From assembly GCA_049999805.1 (NCBI GenBank), contig JBNGIO010005061.1, forward strand, positions 1 through 38,907: DNA of 38,907 nucleotides. The letters are read 5' to 3'. The stretch's first letter is position 1; each line of letters begins with the position of its first letter. Origin of the DNA: Folioceros fuciformis (Eukaryota). Position numbers and translations under genes: made by a program. Below, piece after piece: positions 1 through 12,440 of the stretch. The notes below the pieces were generated by a model that saw only the letters and a list, made by a program, of their open reading frames with translations, had not been told where the DNA came from and made no database searches.

Positions 1-14
1 CAGTAGGTGTGGGC

Positions 15-1270
15 ATGGATCCAGACGGGCCGGGGAAATGGGGGGACTGGGCACTCTTCTCGGTGGCGGTGCTGGCCGCGGTGCCCTTCGTGTTGGCCAA
101 CGCCGTCATCTTGCTCTGTCGGAAGCGGCACTACTTCCAGGTGGAGGGAGTGGACCTCATCATCGGGAGCTCCACGGCGGGGCTGATATGGATTGCGGCT
201 ACGTTTGTGGTAGATCAGCATTTCAAGCGGGAGCATCTCCTGGGCCGCTGTGCTCTGTGGACGTACTGGCTGCAGCTCTGCTTCGGCTTCTGCCTGTGGC
301 TGGTGTGCCTGGCGGTCCGCCTGCACCGCCTCTACGTCCTGTGCAGCAGGTCGGAGACGCTGAGCAGCCGGGTGGTATGGGGGAGGTATGTGCCGCTGCT
401 GCTGGCTCCGGCCATCGCCTTCTCCGCCGCGGCCACCAAGTTCTCAGGCTTGCATATGCGGTAATGCCGGGACCGGACCCGATTTCCTGTCGTGGCTGGA
501 GCTTGGCTGGGGCTTGCCCGGACCCATACGTGTGCTTGCCTGCCTTCCTGCTGCAGGGACAATGTTTGCGTCATCGAGGACTCGAGGTGGAAGCTGGTGG
601 GGTTCCTGCTGGTGCCGCCGCTCTACTTCTCGCTCATCCTGTTTCTGGCGGTGCGGCTCAGGGCGCAGACGGATTTCGTCGTCACCACCGAGTTCCGGCA
701 CACCAGTGAGTACAGCATGATGGCGTTCGTCATATACCTCTTGGTGGGCACCACCTACGCCGACGGCAAGCAGAAGGCGGTGGCGGGGCGGGCGTTTCTC
801 ACCTTCTGCGTCTGCACTCTCGTCTTCTCGCATTTCTGGGTGCGAATGGGGTACCCCGTGTATCTCTGCTTGTTCAAGCCCAAGTCGGCCATGGACAATT
901 ACGAGGAGGAGTTGCGGCTGTCCGGGGCTAAGTGTTTGGATACTCTTCGCAAGTTTTCCTATCTCAACAACAGGAACCAGCAGGGTTCGGTCGGTTCGCT
1001 GCCCCTGCCGCGGGATCGCCCAGGTCTCATGAGGGCCATAGAGGAAGCCAGTTCTGAAGCTGCGGCGCTCAAGGTATGTGTGGCAGCATTTCAGCCGTGA
1101 GGGTGCTGGCCACTGTGGCTCCTTGTCACTCATGTGTTGCTGCTTGGAAACAGACGCGGGCTAAAGAGTTGGAGATGAAGGTGGTGCAGCTGGAGGAGCA
1201 GCTTATGTTGCTTAGCAGTCGGCAGCCTGCACCTTCGGATGTGGAGGAAGGCGTATCCTTGGACAGGTAG
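15..1270 (+). CDS. Seven-transmembrane (GPCR-like / RGS1 7TM-like) protein with C-terminal coiled coil, ~359 aa
   Basis: Exons 15-460, 557-1073, 1154-1270 join in frame via GT-AG introns; an optional exon 1359-1440 follows if the GT at 1267 is used. Seven hydrophobic segments. TM3 'CALWTYWLQLCFGFCLWLVCLAVRLHRLY' resembles the RGS1-type 7TM region. The start may lie upstream of the window. Confidence 0.75.
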
Positions 1271-1709
1271 TTTGAAATTTATTATGGAAGAGAATTGGAC
1301 ATGCATTATTCCGTGCTTCCGATCGATCCGTCTCACGGTCATCTCTCGTGCCTCACAGGGTCGAAGACGGCACAGCTGGCACAGCTACAACCAGATACTG
1401 CGGGATGTGTCCTAAGATTTCTTCTTCCCAGGAGAGATAGTCGGGACTGTTGACCATAGTGCTGTGCAGAAGGAAGATATTGATCGTCCAGGGTCCTCAC
1501 AAGCACGAAGGTTCACATTCCTCTTTCTGTCATGTGACTCCCAGGCAGGGAACATCACACTTGTCGTTGGGCAGTTGAGTATGTTACCTGTGGCCCATCA
1601 TTTTAGCATGAGTGAGCAATTATGACACACAGGATGGGCTGGCGTTGATGCAGTTTATTGGCCACCTGATCACTTCTTGATATGGTTCCCGGGCACAGGT
1701 GTAGGCAAG

Positions 1710-4700
1710 CTATTTGTCTTTCTTGGTCTCGGGATCCAGTTTCGTGTCCGCAAACGAGTGATTAGACTTCCGGTACGTTCTTGTGACGTCAATTGGAAAA
1801 CCAGCTGGGGATATGGTCACTCCAGACTTCCTTGTGTCAGTAGTCACCGAGCTGAGGGATCTTTTCGGAGTGTCTGTGGGAGTTGGAGAGGCCGATGACT
1901 TCCTTCGGGGCGGAAACTCTGTTGAAGGCCTCTTAGGTGCATCTGCTGCGGGGGTGGGTCTGCTGCTCTTACTTGAACTTGCAGCCTGTGGTGAGGGAAG
2001 ACCCTGTTTCGGTGCAATGGCCGTAGGTGCTGAAGACACGCTGGTACGTTTCACTGGGGCAGCCAATGTGGCAGAGGAACTGCTGGGTTTTGCTGGCGCT
2101 TCGCCGTCTGGTTTATCTGATGATGATCCAGGGCCTGCGCTCCCCTGTAAGGATGCAATGCCGGGATTTGCTATGGATGGTTCAACTGCAGAGGGGCTTG
2201 ATGGTGAGGAAGGCGATGTAGCTTCCGCAAAAGGTTCCATGGCTGGTGTCTGTGGCATTGGAGATATACCAGGTGTTGCTGTTGGCATAGCTGCTGTTTG
2301 AATTGGTGGATCCTGGGCCCCATGTCCTGGGACAGCTGCTACCGTATCTGCTCCTCCTACAAGACTAGCTGTTGTGGCATCTTGTGGGCCAGCAGAAGCC
2401 ATGATACTGGCCCTCTTCGCTGCAATTCCTGTGGGAGGTACGACTGCAAGATGCAGTGGCGAGACACCACTTGCTGTGCCGACATCCTCTTCCCCAAGAC
2501 CAGATTTACCGTCTGTTGCGTTCCAGGCAGATAACTCGTCGTCTGGCCGGAGTCCGTCAGGTGTACCCAGTACTGAAACAGAGTCATCTGTCCTGAGAGC
2601 TAGCTGTGCCTGGGTCAGGTCTGCGCTCGCGGACCTTTTCCGAGGTTCGGTATCCTTGCCCTCAGTGCCGACCATACTAAGAGCTAATTGCAATTGCCTG
2701 ATCTCTTCTTGCTTTTGTTTGAGCTCCATCTTTGCTTGCCTTATCCTGGCGAGTAGGGACTCCGCGGATTCTCCCCTCACAGACTTGGGTCTTCGGACTT
2801 CGACCACCGATTTCGATCGAGGAACTTCTATGGACTTACGGCCAGGGATTAAACCCGGTACAGACTGGCCTCTTCTGTAAATAGCTGTCAGTCGTTTTGC
2901 CTGGTTGGGGGCAACCATGTACAAATTCTTCAATATCTCGCCCACAGGACTGGAACCTCGCCGCCGTTCGAGACTGGGTCCCTGGGGAGGGCCAGTTGCT
3001 TTGACGTCACCTTGGTTGGGCACATCTTGGGAAGGATTGATTCCCTTATCTTGATCACCCGAGTCAGCAAATGAGATATGAGAATCGGATCGTTTTGGGG
3101 CCAAGGATTCGGGACCGGTCCCTTCAGACTGGGCAGTAACATCAGAGACTCTAGAAGGGGAGTAGACGGTTCTAGAGGCTGTGACCTGAACTGGAGTTTG
3201 TTCCAGGTCTATGGCAACAGGAGATGACACCCTGGATGGTGGTAGGAGCCCAGGAGAAGTCAACCGAGAGAACGCAGTCTGAGGTGACGACCCACGAGTG
3301 CTAGTCAACTGAGGAGAGGAGAATCCAGATGTCGATGACCCTTTGCTGGTCGAAGGTTGTTGAGGGGAGGAGGATCTGGAGGGACTCGAATCTGGGGAGG
3401 GTATTTGCCCAGACATGCGTGAGGAAGGCTGAGAGGGAGAAGGAGTTATGGACCGTCTCTCTGGAGATGATTGAGAGGAAGATCTAGACTGATTGCCCGC
3501 AAAGTTGGGAGCCTGAGACAGGCGGCTGAATTGAACCCGAAACTTGGATGTGGCGTCACGGTTACTCCTCGCAGCTATGGCCCTGTAGTAGGAAACCTCC
3601 CCCTGTTCGCATAAGGGATACAAGAAATGAGCTCGGAAATTTTCAGATGAGTTCGACTGTGCCTCAAACAATTCTCAATCCTGAAATAATTACCTGCAGA
3701 TGTTGGACCACAAACGCCAAACGCCTGACATTTCGATTGGCATCAGCGAAGTCACTTAGTAATCTCAGGTTGTCTTGCATGTAATGCCGCGTCTCCTTAA
3801 AATGCCGTGCTTCACTTCGCTCAGCTGCATCCTTCAAAACTGCTAAATAGTTCTCCAAGGTTTGCCTGCATAGAGTAAAAGCTTTAGCACAGGATAAAAA
3901 AAACTATGGCGACCACTTCAGTGGGTGTATGCTAAGCTTACCTTTGGTGCATCATTTCCGTGCGTGATTCCAACCCAGATTGGACAGCGAATTGTGTATC
4001 TTTGTTGACGTAAGCCATAAAGAGGTTCTTGGTAAGCTCAGGCCACTCTGAGACATCATGGTCACAAACTATGCGGCAAAGTGCTTCTGTGAACACATCC
4101 ATGTACCGTTCCTTTTCGAGCAAGATAAGAGTCAAGCGATGTATCTGATTATCTTGCATCTGGATTCTGCCCCTTAACCCCTTGGCAAATTCATCTTTCC
4201 TGGCTTGCGTTCTCGTATGCAAGATCTGTAACCTCTCCATTTGGTGCATATCAGATCTCAATGCTCCGATCTCCTTCTCCAAAGGCTCTTCCTTTCTCCT
4301 CAGCTGCAAGGTCACACAAATGGAAGTCCAAGCTGAAGATGTGGATGATGAAGATCGATGTATACAAATGCTGGAAACTAATTAGTCACCACTGATACTG
4401 AGTAACAATTCCTGGTATCACATATCTAACCTCCTTTATCTGCATTTCCCGAACGAGAGCCATGGTCTTGTGTTCCTTATGTTGTGAAAGGAGGGACTTG
4501 ATGTGAACATCAGTAAGCAAGAATATCTCATCCACTGCTCTGGTCCTCTGCTCGGCCTGGATGATCATGTCTTGCAGTTTTGTCACTTCGGCTTCCAAGT
4601 CCGTGATAGTGACGTCCTGTGACTTGCACATATCTTGCAAAGATATAATCTGTTGCTGAAGTTTGTTGTTGTTGCGTCGCTCGACAAGCATCTCCTCACG

Positions 4701-7700
4701 CACCCTATCAACCCGCTTTTCCTTTACTTCTATGTATTCTCTAAGTTGCATGAAGTTAGCTTGCAACTCTTCCTCGTTAATAAGAAGATCTTCGTCCATG
4801 AAACCCTGCACTCGGCAAACACAACAAGTTGACACGCAAGCAGGATACGTGCACCCAAATATCGAATCAGGCTGTGAAGCCGTTGATATGGGCTAAAACA
4901 TGACAACTGTGCTGTTCCGACACCTTGTACTCCTTGATTTCCTCTTCACATTTCTTCTGCGCCTCTTTGACCTGCAGTTCCGCTTGTAGCTTGACCACTG
5001 CAAACTGTTGCTTCACTTCCTCAATTTCAGCTAAATGCCTCTGTCTTTCATCCTCAAGTTCTTTTCTCCATACTTCTCGCTCCAGATCATGGTCTAGTTT
5101 AAATTGATCTGCTCTTTTTACTTCAGTACACACCTGTTCATGCATGCTTTCAGAATCATCAACAGCATAATGATGCAAAGAAAATTGACGGGAAAAGACC
5201 TTCTGCCCAAAAGAATCCTCCAGCTGCCTCAAGTTCTTCTGTGAATCCGCTAAAAGTTCCTTCATGGTGCCCTCCATCTCCTTCTGCATCTTAGTCTGTT
5301 GTCGCTCCAATAGCTTTACTTCCTCCTTGTGCATGTCTTGTAGTGCATGTAACCTATCTTCTCTTGCCTTTACTTTCATGACCCACTGCTGCTCTAACAC
5401 GCGCTGCTTGTATGGTGCATCACGCCTTTCTTTCTCTAAGTTCATCCTCAATTCCTGTTTTACGAGACACAAGACTATTAGCACCGAAGCCTCCGGACCT
5501 GGACCTGAAACGTAGAAGGTGCAGCTCTCAGTATATCTCAAACGTCAAGAAAATCATTGCCTGTTCAACCCGTATCGTTTCATCGTACTCTGTCCTTAGC
5601 ACAAGGAGGCAATCCTGAGTGATACCATCAACAGCTTCACTTGAGCCAGCATGTAGCACCGAGCTCTCAGCTTCTGGGTTTGAAGATATTTGAATCAAAC
5701 TACTGATGTAGACGGCCCCTTGTGCAGAGCTGGTGAATATTAGATTCCGTTTCTCATCCGTGATCAAGGACGTAATTTCTCCTGTGGAATAGCGCATGAA
5801 CACCATGAGGCAACAAACTTACAGACCTCTCACAAGATTTTTGACGATGTCCCAGAAGAAAAGAGGAAAAGAGGGGAGGAACACGACACCAAAAAGCAAC
5901 CAGTTTTACCTGAATGAAGCAGCAATTCCTCAACTGGGGATCTCATATCTCTTGCCAAGGGATACATGCTTGCACGAAGTTCTCCATCACTGGTGCAAGT
6001 CACAATCAACCCTTTCCTGAAGAGACCAGCAAGATGGACAACAGGTTTTGCTAGTGGGAGTTCGAACACTATGTTTGCCCTGAAAATATGATGCACCCAA
6101 CCTTCTCCTGCCTCCACAATCTCTGTTTTTCGTCTTCCTCCCAATGCTGCACTGCTGCCCGATACAGTGCTACTCTTCTCTAAGTAATCGGTGTTAGAAA
6201 ATGTTTCCAGAATGTATCTTGCTTGTTTCTTGTCTGTGTCCATCACTCTTAAGGGCAGCTGCTGACCACACGACACTACAGACTCCCGTAGAGGATCGAA
6301 TAAAATGCCTGTGTAATTGGATCCCTTCCGGACACACTCTTGAACTCGGTGACAGCCATCCATGAACCAGATGTAGATTGCACCATCATTACCAGCGGTT
6401 GCCAGGTAGATAGAATCAGTTGACCAGCACAATGAAGTGACAAGACTCAGATGACCCTGGATGACAAAGAGAAATGACAGGTAAGTCCTTAAACTCCAAC
6501 AAGATTGAGAAAACACAAAACTGGAGGACAATAGACACCTTCAGCATTGCAATGAACTTCCATGTGAAGGCTGAGTGAATGTAAATGTTCCTCCCGCTCG
6601 CGAAAGCCACAAGATGCCCACTGGGACTAAATCTTATGATATGACAGTGTGTTATAGGGACATCCCGAAAATGCTCCAGCCTGTGATCTCAAGTAAACAT
6701 CATTGCGGAAGTAGTGTCATAACAATTGGACTCTAATTCAAACCCATCGACAAGAAGGATATCTAGGCATGCATACTTGGTAGCCATGATTCGGAAGACA
6801 GAAACAGTCCGAGGCAATCCCACCAGCAATTCGTAACCCCATGGGTTCAAAGCAACGCAAAGAGGTTCCAAGTCACATCTGTAAGTAGGTATTCACAATC
6901 GTCAGAAAGGAATGATCTGCAGGGACAGGACCCACAGGGTTCACAATTAGCTTTCAAGTGGGATCACAAAAAAAAAAAAACAACAAAGAAGTTGGCAGAG
7001 ACAGAAAACTCTAGCACGTAACGGGTGTGAAATTTCTAGTGTCATCCGACTGTAGCTCCACAATCGCACAATCCAATCCGACGCACATGTTGCCAATATT
7101 TGGTGCTGCTCACAGATGTCCATCCCATGCACAGCTCCAAGATTAAAGGCTGCAAAAAATCACAAAGCAATAGGACATGAAAGCCAAGGCCTGTGAGGAA
7201 AGCTAACAAGACCAAACGCCGCCTGAAAAACGTCGTCAGGCTGTGGTCTATGTCTTCCTGAAGAGCAGTACCACATATTTTGGACGACACAGGAAGCTTG
7301 TCTTCAATGAGAATAGTATTATCGTCAATGTCATCAACGCAGATTCGCCGAACTTCTTCCCCCTGCACCAGATGTCTACTGGCTTTATGAGAGGGACAGA
7401 AGTCCATAGTGTAAACAGCATACTGGTACTAAAAGAAACTTGGAGGCAAGAAAGGGCTCGTCCAGCTCTATAGTCACATGATCATTGTCATTACCTCCAC
7501 AACGTAGAAGATTTTCTTTAATTTGGCTGAGACCGCAATGGTTGTAATCTGCCCATACCCACTGATAAAGGGAAGCATTCAGCACGACAGTTGCAGATCT
7601 CCAGCAGACTTCCTCATTGTTTGGTTATATCCTGAAGGCAGAAAGCACAAAATACCCCAGAATGATAAACCAGACGGACTAAGTGATCAGAAAACCACCT

Positions 7701-9935
7701 TTGGATCACAGTAGTCTTCCACTCCAAATTGAACTTGCCTTTGATCTGAAACTCCACATGCACAAAATATGAACATATAGACAGCTAAACATCCATTCTG
7801 TGACCGATGTACGTAGCTGAATAGCCTCTTATGGCAAGAAACAGTCTAGCATGCCATTACCTCAGCAGGAACATCTGTGATCTCAACACAAGAATGCTTC
7901 GCAAGGACTCCATCCACGTTGGCACTCAGACAACCATTATTGGTCGCACAAAGACAAAGTACATGCCCTGTCTCAGCCACTTTCTAGTCAACAATTACAT
8001 GACCGTAAGCACTGTAATCCACAGCACTGCATTTAGGTCTCTTAATTCTGACTCATAATGGGCTGAACACAACACATTCTTCGGTATGCAGGCAGACGTG
8101 GACTAGAATTCTGAGGGGAAGTGGATACCATCTGGAGTGTGCCCTCTTTAAGCACAAAAATTGTTCCTTCCACAGTTGCTACAGCCACAATTCCACCTGG
8201 CAACCAGCAGTGATCCGTGAACGTGACTTTTGGCAAATGTTTGCCATGCAGACCTTGGACCCCAACATCCTTGAAGGAATACTGCTTAGCGGGAATCCAA
8301 AGCTTGAAGTGCCCTGGGCCTGTGTCAGCATAGGATAACCTTGTAACACGCATTGTATGCACAAAAGTAGCATGTGGGCAGTGGAAGCTGCGGATGTTGA
8401 TAGGAACCATTCATTGACGAAACAACACAAACAGCCCACCAGAAGTGATTCACACACGCAAAGCGAATCATTCTCAGGTTGACCGTACCATGTGTTGCCA
8501 CTTCTTCATTTTTGTCAGGATTTATTGATACACCAGTGATGTCCAAGGGTACAGTGGTGCTCGCCATTATCTACGATATTTGACATTCAAGAAGCACAAC
8601 CTTGTCAGCTGGAGCCAAACTCATCTCCAAAGCACTAGAAGCAAGAAACTGAAACAGATGAATCTACGCTAGCATCGTAGATCACGCTCCCAACATCTCT
8701 TGGTGCATGAAGGATACCCATATGAAATTCCATCTCATTGCAGGCATCGTGCACATTCATCTAGTAAAGTCGTGCATGGTGCATGGTGAGTCAATCATCC
8801 AATCATTCTCCTTACTGAAAAAAAATTTGCCTACATGGCCTGATTTTCGATGCCAGCACACAAGATAGGATTCCTCACTGTTCAGCGCAGCCACCACAGA
8901 TGCCTCGTCCTTCGAAAATCCACAGCTTTGAAAATCTGTGAACAAAGATTCCTTCACAACTTCAATGCTAACCATGAAGGCCCTGGCTGCTTTCAGTCTG
9001 CAGAAGAACTACTGCACACTATGTGCTTTCCATATATGTGTACCTCCATTGAGAACTACATCTGGACCTGGTACTAGCGTCTGCACCTTCCTATATTTTA
9101 TCAGACTGACAATGGATACCTGGAAGACCAGCAATTCCATGAGTGATGCAAATGCAGTAACCAGTTCCCCTCTCCGCCTGAGTTGCATCAGCGACGGACT
9201 TCCATCCCCAAAGCTAACAGTGCTATTTCTACCACATGGGCAAACATGGAGAGCTTCGTTAACTACCTGACTCGGAGCATTTCTCATTTTTTCACAAACA
9301 CCTAGAAGGTTCCGTGAGGGGGATGCCACAATGTAAAGAATTTTCTACACCCACAAGAGAAAACAAAAGCAAAGCTTAGAGAATCACGAGAAAACACAAG
9401 CAAGCATTCCTATCAGCAACCTGCCTAACATGGAAGACGATGCAGATACCTCAGTAGAGCTTCCGAGCGTCACAAATCGCATTTCATTGCTAGCAATTCT
9501 GAGAGCAGCACCATTCGGTCAGTTCCAGATATGTAAAGAACAACTTTGCAACACCAGTACCAAGAGGACAGAGCACCTACCGATAAACGGCTACCTTGCA
9601 CCCTATCGCAAACGCTATAGTGTCGTCATCAATGCAGGCAAGCTGAGAGCGCTTGCCATGTACACCGCAGAATCCAAACGCATGCCTTCACAGCAAATAC
9701 AGATAAACACACTGACCATCAGGCTGGCATAGCTACGGTAATTAAGAGAGTCTGTTTCACATTTTTTGCTGACATCAATGGTCGTGCATACTATCAAGAT
9801 TTACAGCAATCTTGTCTAGTTTGCTTACAAAGGCTTCATTCTATAGTGGAATTCGCTTCCGACTGCCGATACACTGGGCATGTGCACATCGGCATCAGCC
9901 TTGTCCCTCTCTTGTATAGGCAGCATAAGAGCCAT
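1710..9935 (-). CDS. CFAP57: Cilia- and flagella-associated protein 57 (WD40 repeats + coiled coil), many exons, extended S/P-rich C-terminus
   Basis: ATG at 9935; spliced N-terminus MKPLHAFG...IDDDTIAFAIG. WD40 segments 'MHGMDICEQHQILATCASDWIVRLWSY', 'LCVALNPWGYELLVG' and 'GHLSLVTSLCWSTDSIYLATAGNDGAIYIW'. Coiled-coil exons ~3700-5700 include 'RQTLENYLAVLK...YMQDNLRLL'. Last exon 3602-1710 is in frame. Internal exon boundaries were not all resolved. Confidence 0.85.
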
Positions 9936-10836
9936 GGGTCTTAAATTTCAAACACATTTTGGGAAACAAATTTTGTAGAGGGGGGGGGGGACCAAACTAT
10001 GGCATTAACATCAACCTCCGATTTCACACGGAGGGAATTGATGTCATCTCTGCAGCTTTCGACATCACCCACATCCAGTCCTCATCCCACCACCACATAC
10101 ATTCCTTCCTATGCAGACCTATGTGCATCTTTGGAGCCCATTTGATGGCTACTCTAAACCAATCCAGCATAACATCCTGCATCTGTATTTTTGGCTACCC
10201 GCTTTGAAGGCCGCTCGTATTATAGGTCAAATATTTTCTATCATAAATAAAGATTAAATTATATAATTTTTATATAATTAAATTTCGAATGGACTATTGA
10301 TGCAAATCTCCATTTTCCAAGTGCTTCAAACAAATGGTCTTCATTTTCTTATTTTCTATGTTATAAACTTGTTCAATGTAATTTCTCTATATTTTTTTAT
10401 ATAGGTAGATCTGAGCAGCCCTTTCCCAATATAATTGATCTTCTTTTATTGTGGGTTAATTAAAACAGTATTATTATTCTTTTTCTCTTTCTTTTTAAGA
10501 TTCTTTTTCTTTTAATTACCTGTAAATCAACATATTATGAAACTTTTAAGTTTGAGATTTTTTCCACTCTTTTGTTGAGTATTATTTACCTCAAATAAAT
10601 TTCATGTACATAATATTAGTGTAATAAAAGATGCTAAATTCTCAAAACACTCAACTATATGAATTGTGATTTTGTAAAATAATGAATTAATTACCGAAAT
10701 GTTACATAGGAATAGCTATGTGCTTTCATCCCAACTCAACTTCTGAGAGTGCAACAAAATTTCCATCCGCATCTCTAAACAAGCTATATCAATCCTCAAC
10801 CTACTCATTTGCTAACATGTGCAAAAAGATATGTCA

Positions 10837-11842
10837 CTAGAACATACCATAATAGCTATCTAAGCATATGCCCTCATTTTTAGTGACATCTGTTCGTCTT
10901 CTTCCTCTCCATATCTCTTTCTTCTCTAATGCACGCACATCCAAGTCCCATCCATACTCTTGGTTGAGAGTCAAAGGATCAGTTTGCACATCATAGGGAG
11001 AGAAAATAGGTCGAATGTGTTTCATTTTATCAAAAAGAAGCTGCAAATGGAATATAGTGTGATTAATAACATGAAGTATTATGTCCTTCATTAGTAAAGA
11101 AGAAGATTAGCAAACAAACTCACTTGTTGATTTGAAAACTTGGGTTTTGGAGGTTCTTTGCTCCCCTTCCAATCTGAGACCAAAAGATGCTTTCATCAGC
11201 CAACAAAGGGATTGCATTCCATGTTTGTGAAATAGTGTAAGTAGCTTTTATGAACCCCATGTAATGGTGGATAAGTTTCTCTCAACTGACCAGTTCGAGG
11301 CAAGGGTTCATCCGACCCAATGTCTTCATCTACCATATGCAAAACATGAAGATATTAAAGAAGATTGTGAATGCAAATAACTATTAGACAAAGATTATTT
11401 TGCATAAGCTGCACTGATGATATGAGTGTGAAAAATGGGAAGAGTACCTTGGAGCTGTTGAAGACATTTTGTGAACTCACTTATAGGAATGAGACCCTTC
11501 AACATGTTGAAATTCCTGATAAGCTATACGTCATGTTCTCGTAATTCTAAGAAAAGGTGATGGGCTAGTCTTTGAGAGGCAGACCATGGACAATGCTTAC
11601 CTGACCACAGACTCCATTTCTCTCAAACTCAACTCTCTGTGCATTGTGTTTGTAAAGATTTCGGGAATGCATCTTCTTCTAATGTGGTCCAGCTGGTTGT
11701 TGTCGTTAGCCTTTTTTGTGAATTCCTTCAGGAACTCTTCCGCGGGATGGGTGAAGATATCAGTGACATCCGGCTTGCGAGCAATGGTCTTGAAATACTC
11801 CTCGTCCCCGAACATGGTTTGCCCGAAGTATGTCGGCATCAT
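10837..11842 (-). CDS. ~200-aa EF-hand-like protein with PLT..QEYGW motif; candidate axonemal microtubule inner protein (FAP85/FAM183-like)
   Basis: Exons 11842-11601, 11515-11448, 11329-11291, 11173-11124, 11040-10837 give 603 nt in frame with canonical GT-AG. EF-hand-like 'LREMESVVRNFNMLKGLIPISEFTKCLQQL'; C-terminal 'DPLTLNQEYGWD...RRRTDVTK'. Confidence 0.7.
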
Positions 11843-12096
11843 GAAGAAATCGGGGGAGGAGAAATGAGAGGGACGTGGTTCAGCCTCCCACGAGGGGACG
11901 CTGGGTTGCTCGCATACGCAGCAGGGAGCAGAGCAGGACAGGACACGAGGGAGCGCGAAGCAGTACTCCCAGCGGGAGTGAGGGTAAATTATCGAAAAGA
12001 GTGGGAACTGGTTCAGCCGGGCCGGCCGGTCCCGGTTCCGCTTGTGGCGGTGGTTGTTGTTGTTGCGCCGTCCGCCTAATTAGACGCCGGCTGACT

Positions 12097-12124
12097 CCAC
12101 GCGTCCTGCAGGATTCGACGTGTC
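12097..12124 (+). promoter_or_regulatory. Putative ABRE (ACGTGTC) plus CE3-like (CCACGCGT) pair in the divergent promoter
   Basis: ACGTGTC at 12118-12124 and CCACGCGT about 20 nt upstream, ~320 nt before the ATG at 12441. Motif match only. Confidence 0.3.
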
Positions 12125-12440
12125 AGCCGCACCGCTTGCCACTTCCTCGCGGCCACCATGCTGCCTCTGTCTTCCTCCCCCTGCGCCTACTTCTGTGCGT
12201 GGCGTTGCATCTATCGGCATCTTTCCTTGGTGTTGCAATCTTGTTTTACTTCATGCAGAACTCGCGCAGAGTGTCTGCAAATTCTTGGCCGTTGTGAAGC
12301 AAAATTGGAGACGTGTGCGCGGGGTGCAGCTCAGGTCTAAGACTACTCTCGGAGTTGCATCCGCTGCCCGGCCTCGCTGCGGATTGAGTGGCCCCGGGCT
12401 TGAGTGGTGAGGCGTGAATTGTGAAATCGGAGCAGGAGCC

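Noticed and set aside
38-1133. Overlapping ORFs 38-709 (+) and 444-1133 (-)
   Set aside because: Alternative frames of a GC-rich gene; they run through introns and show no recognisable domain.
1783-2880. Plus-strand ORFs of 172 and 168 aa
   Set aside because: Antisense shadows of the low-complexity CFAP57 last exon; no independent motifs.
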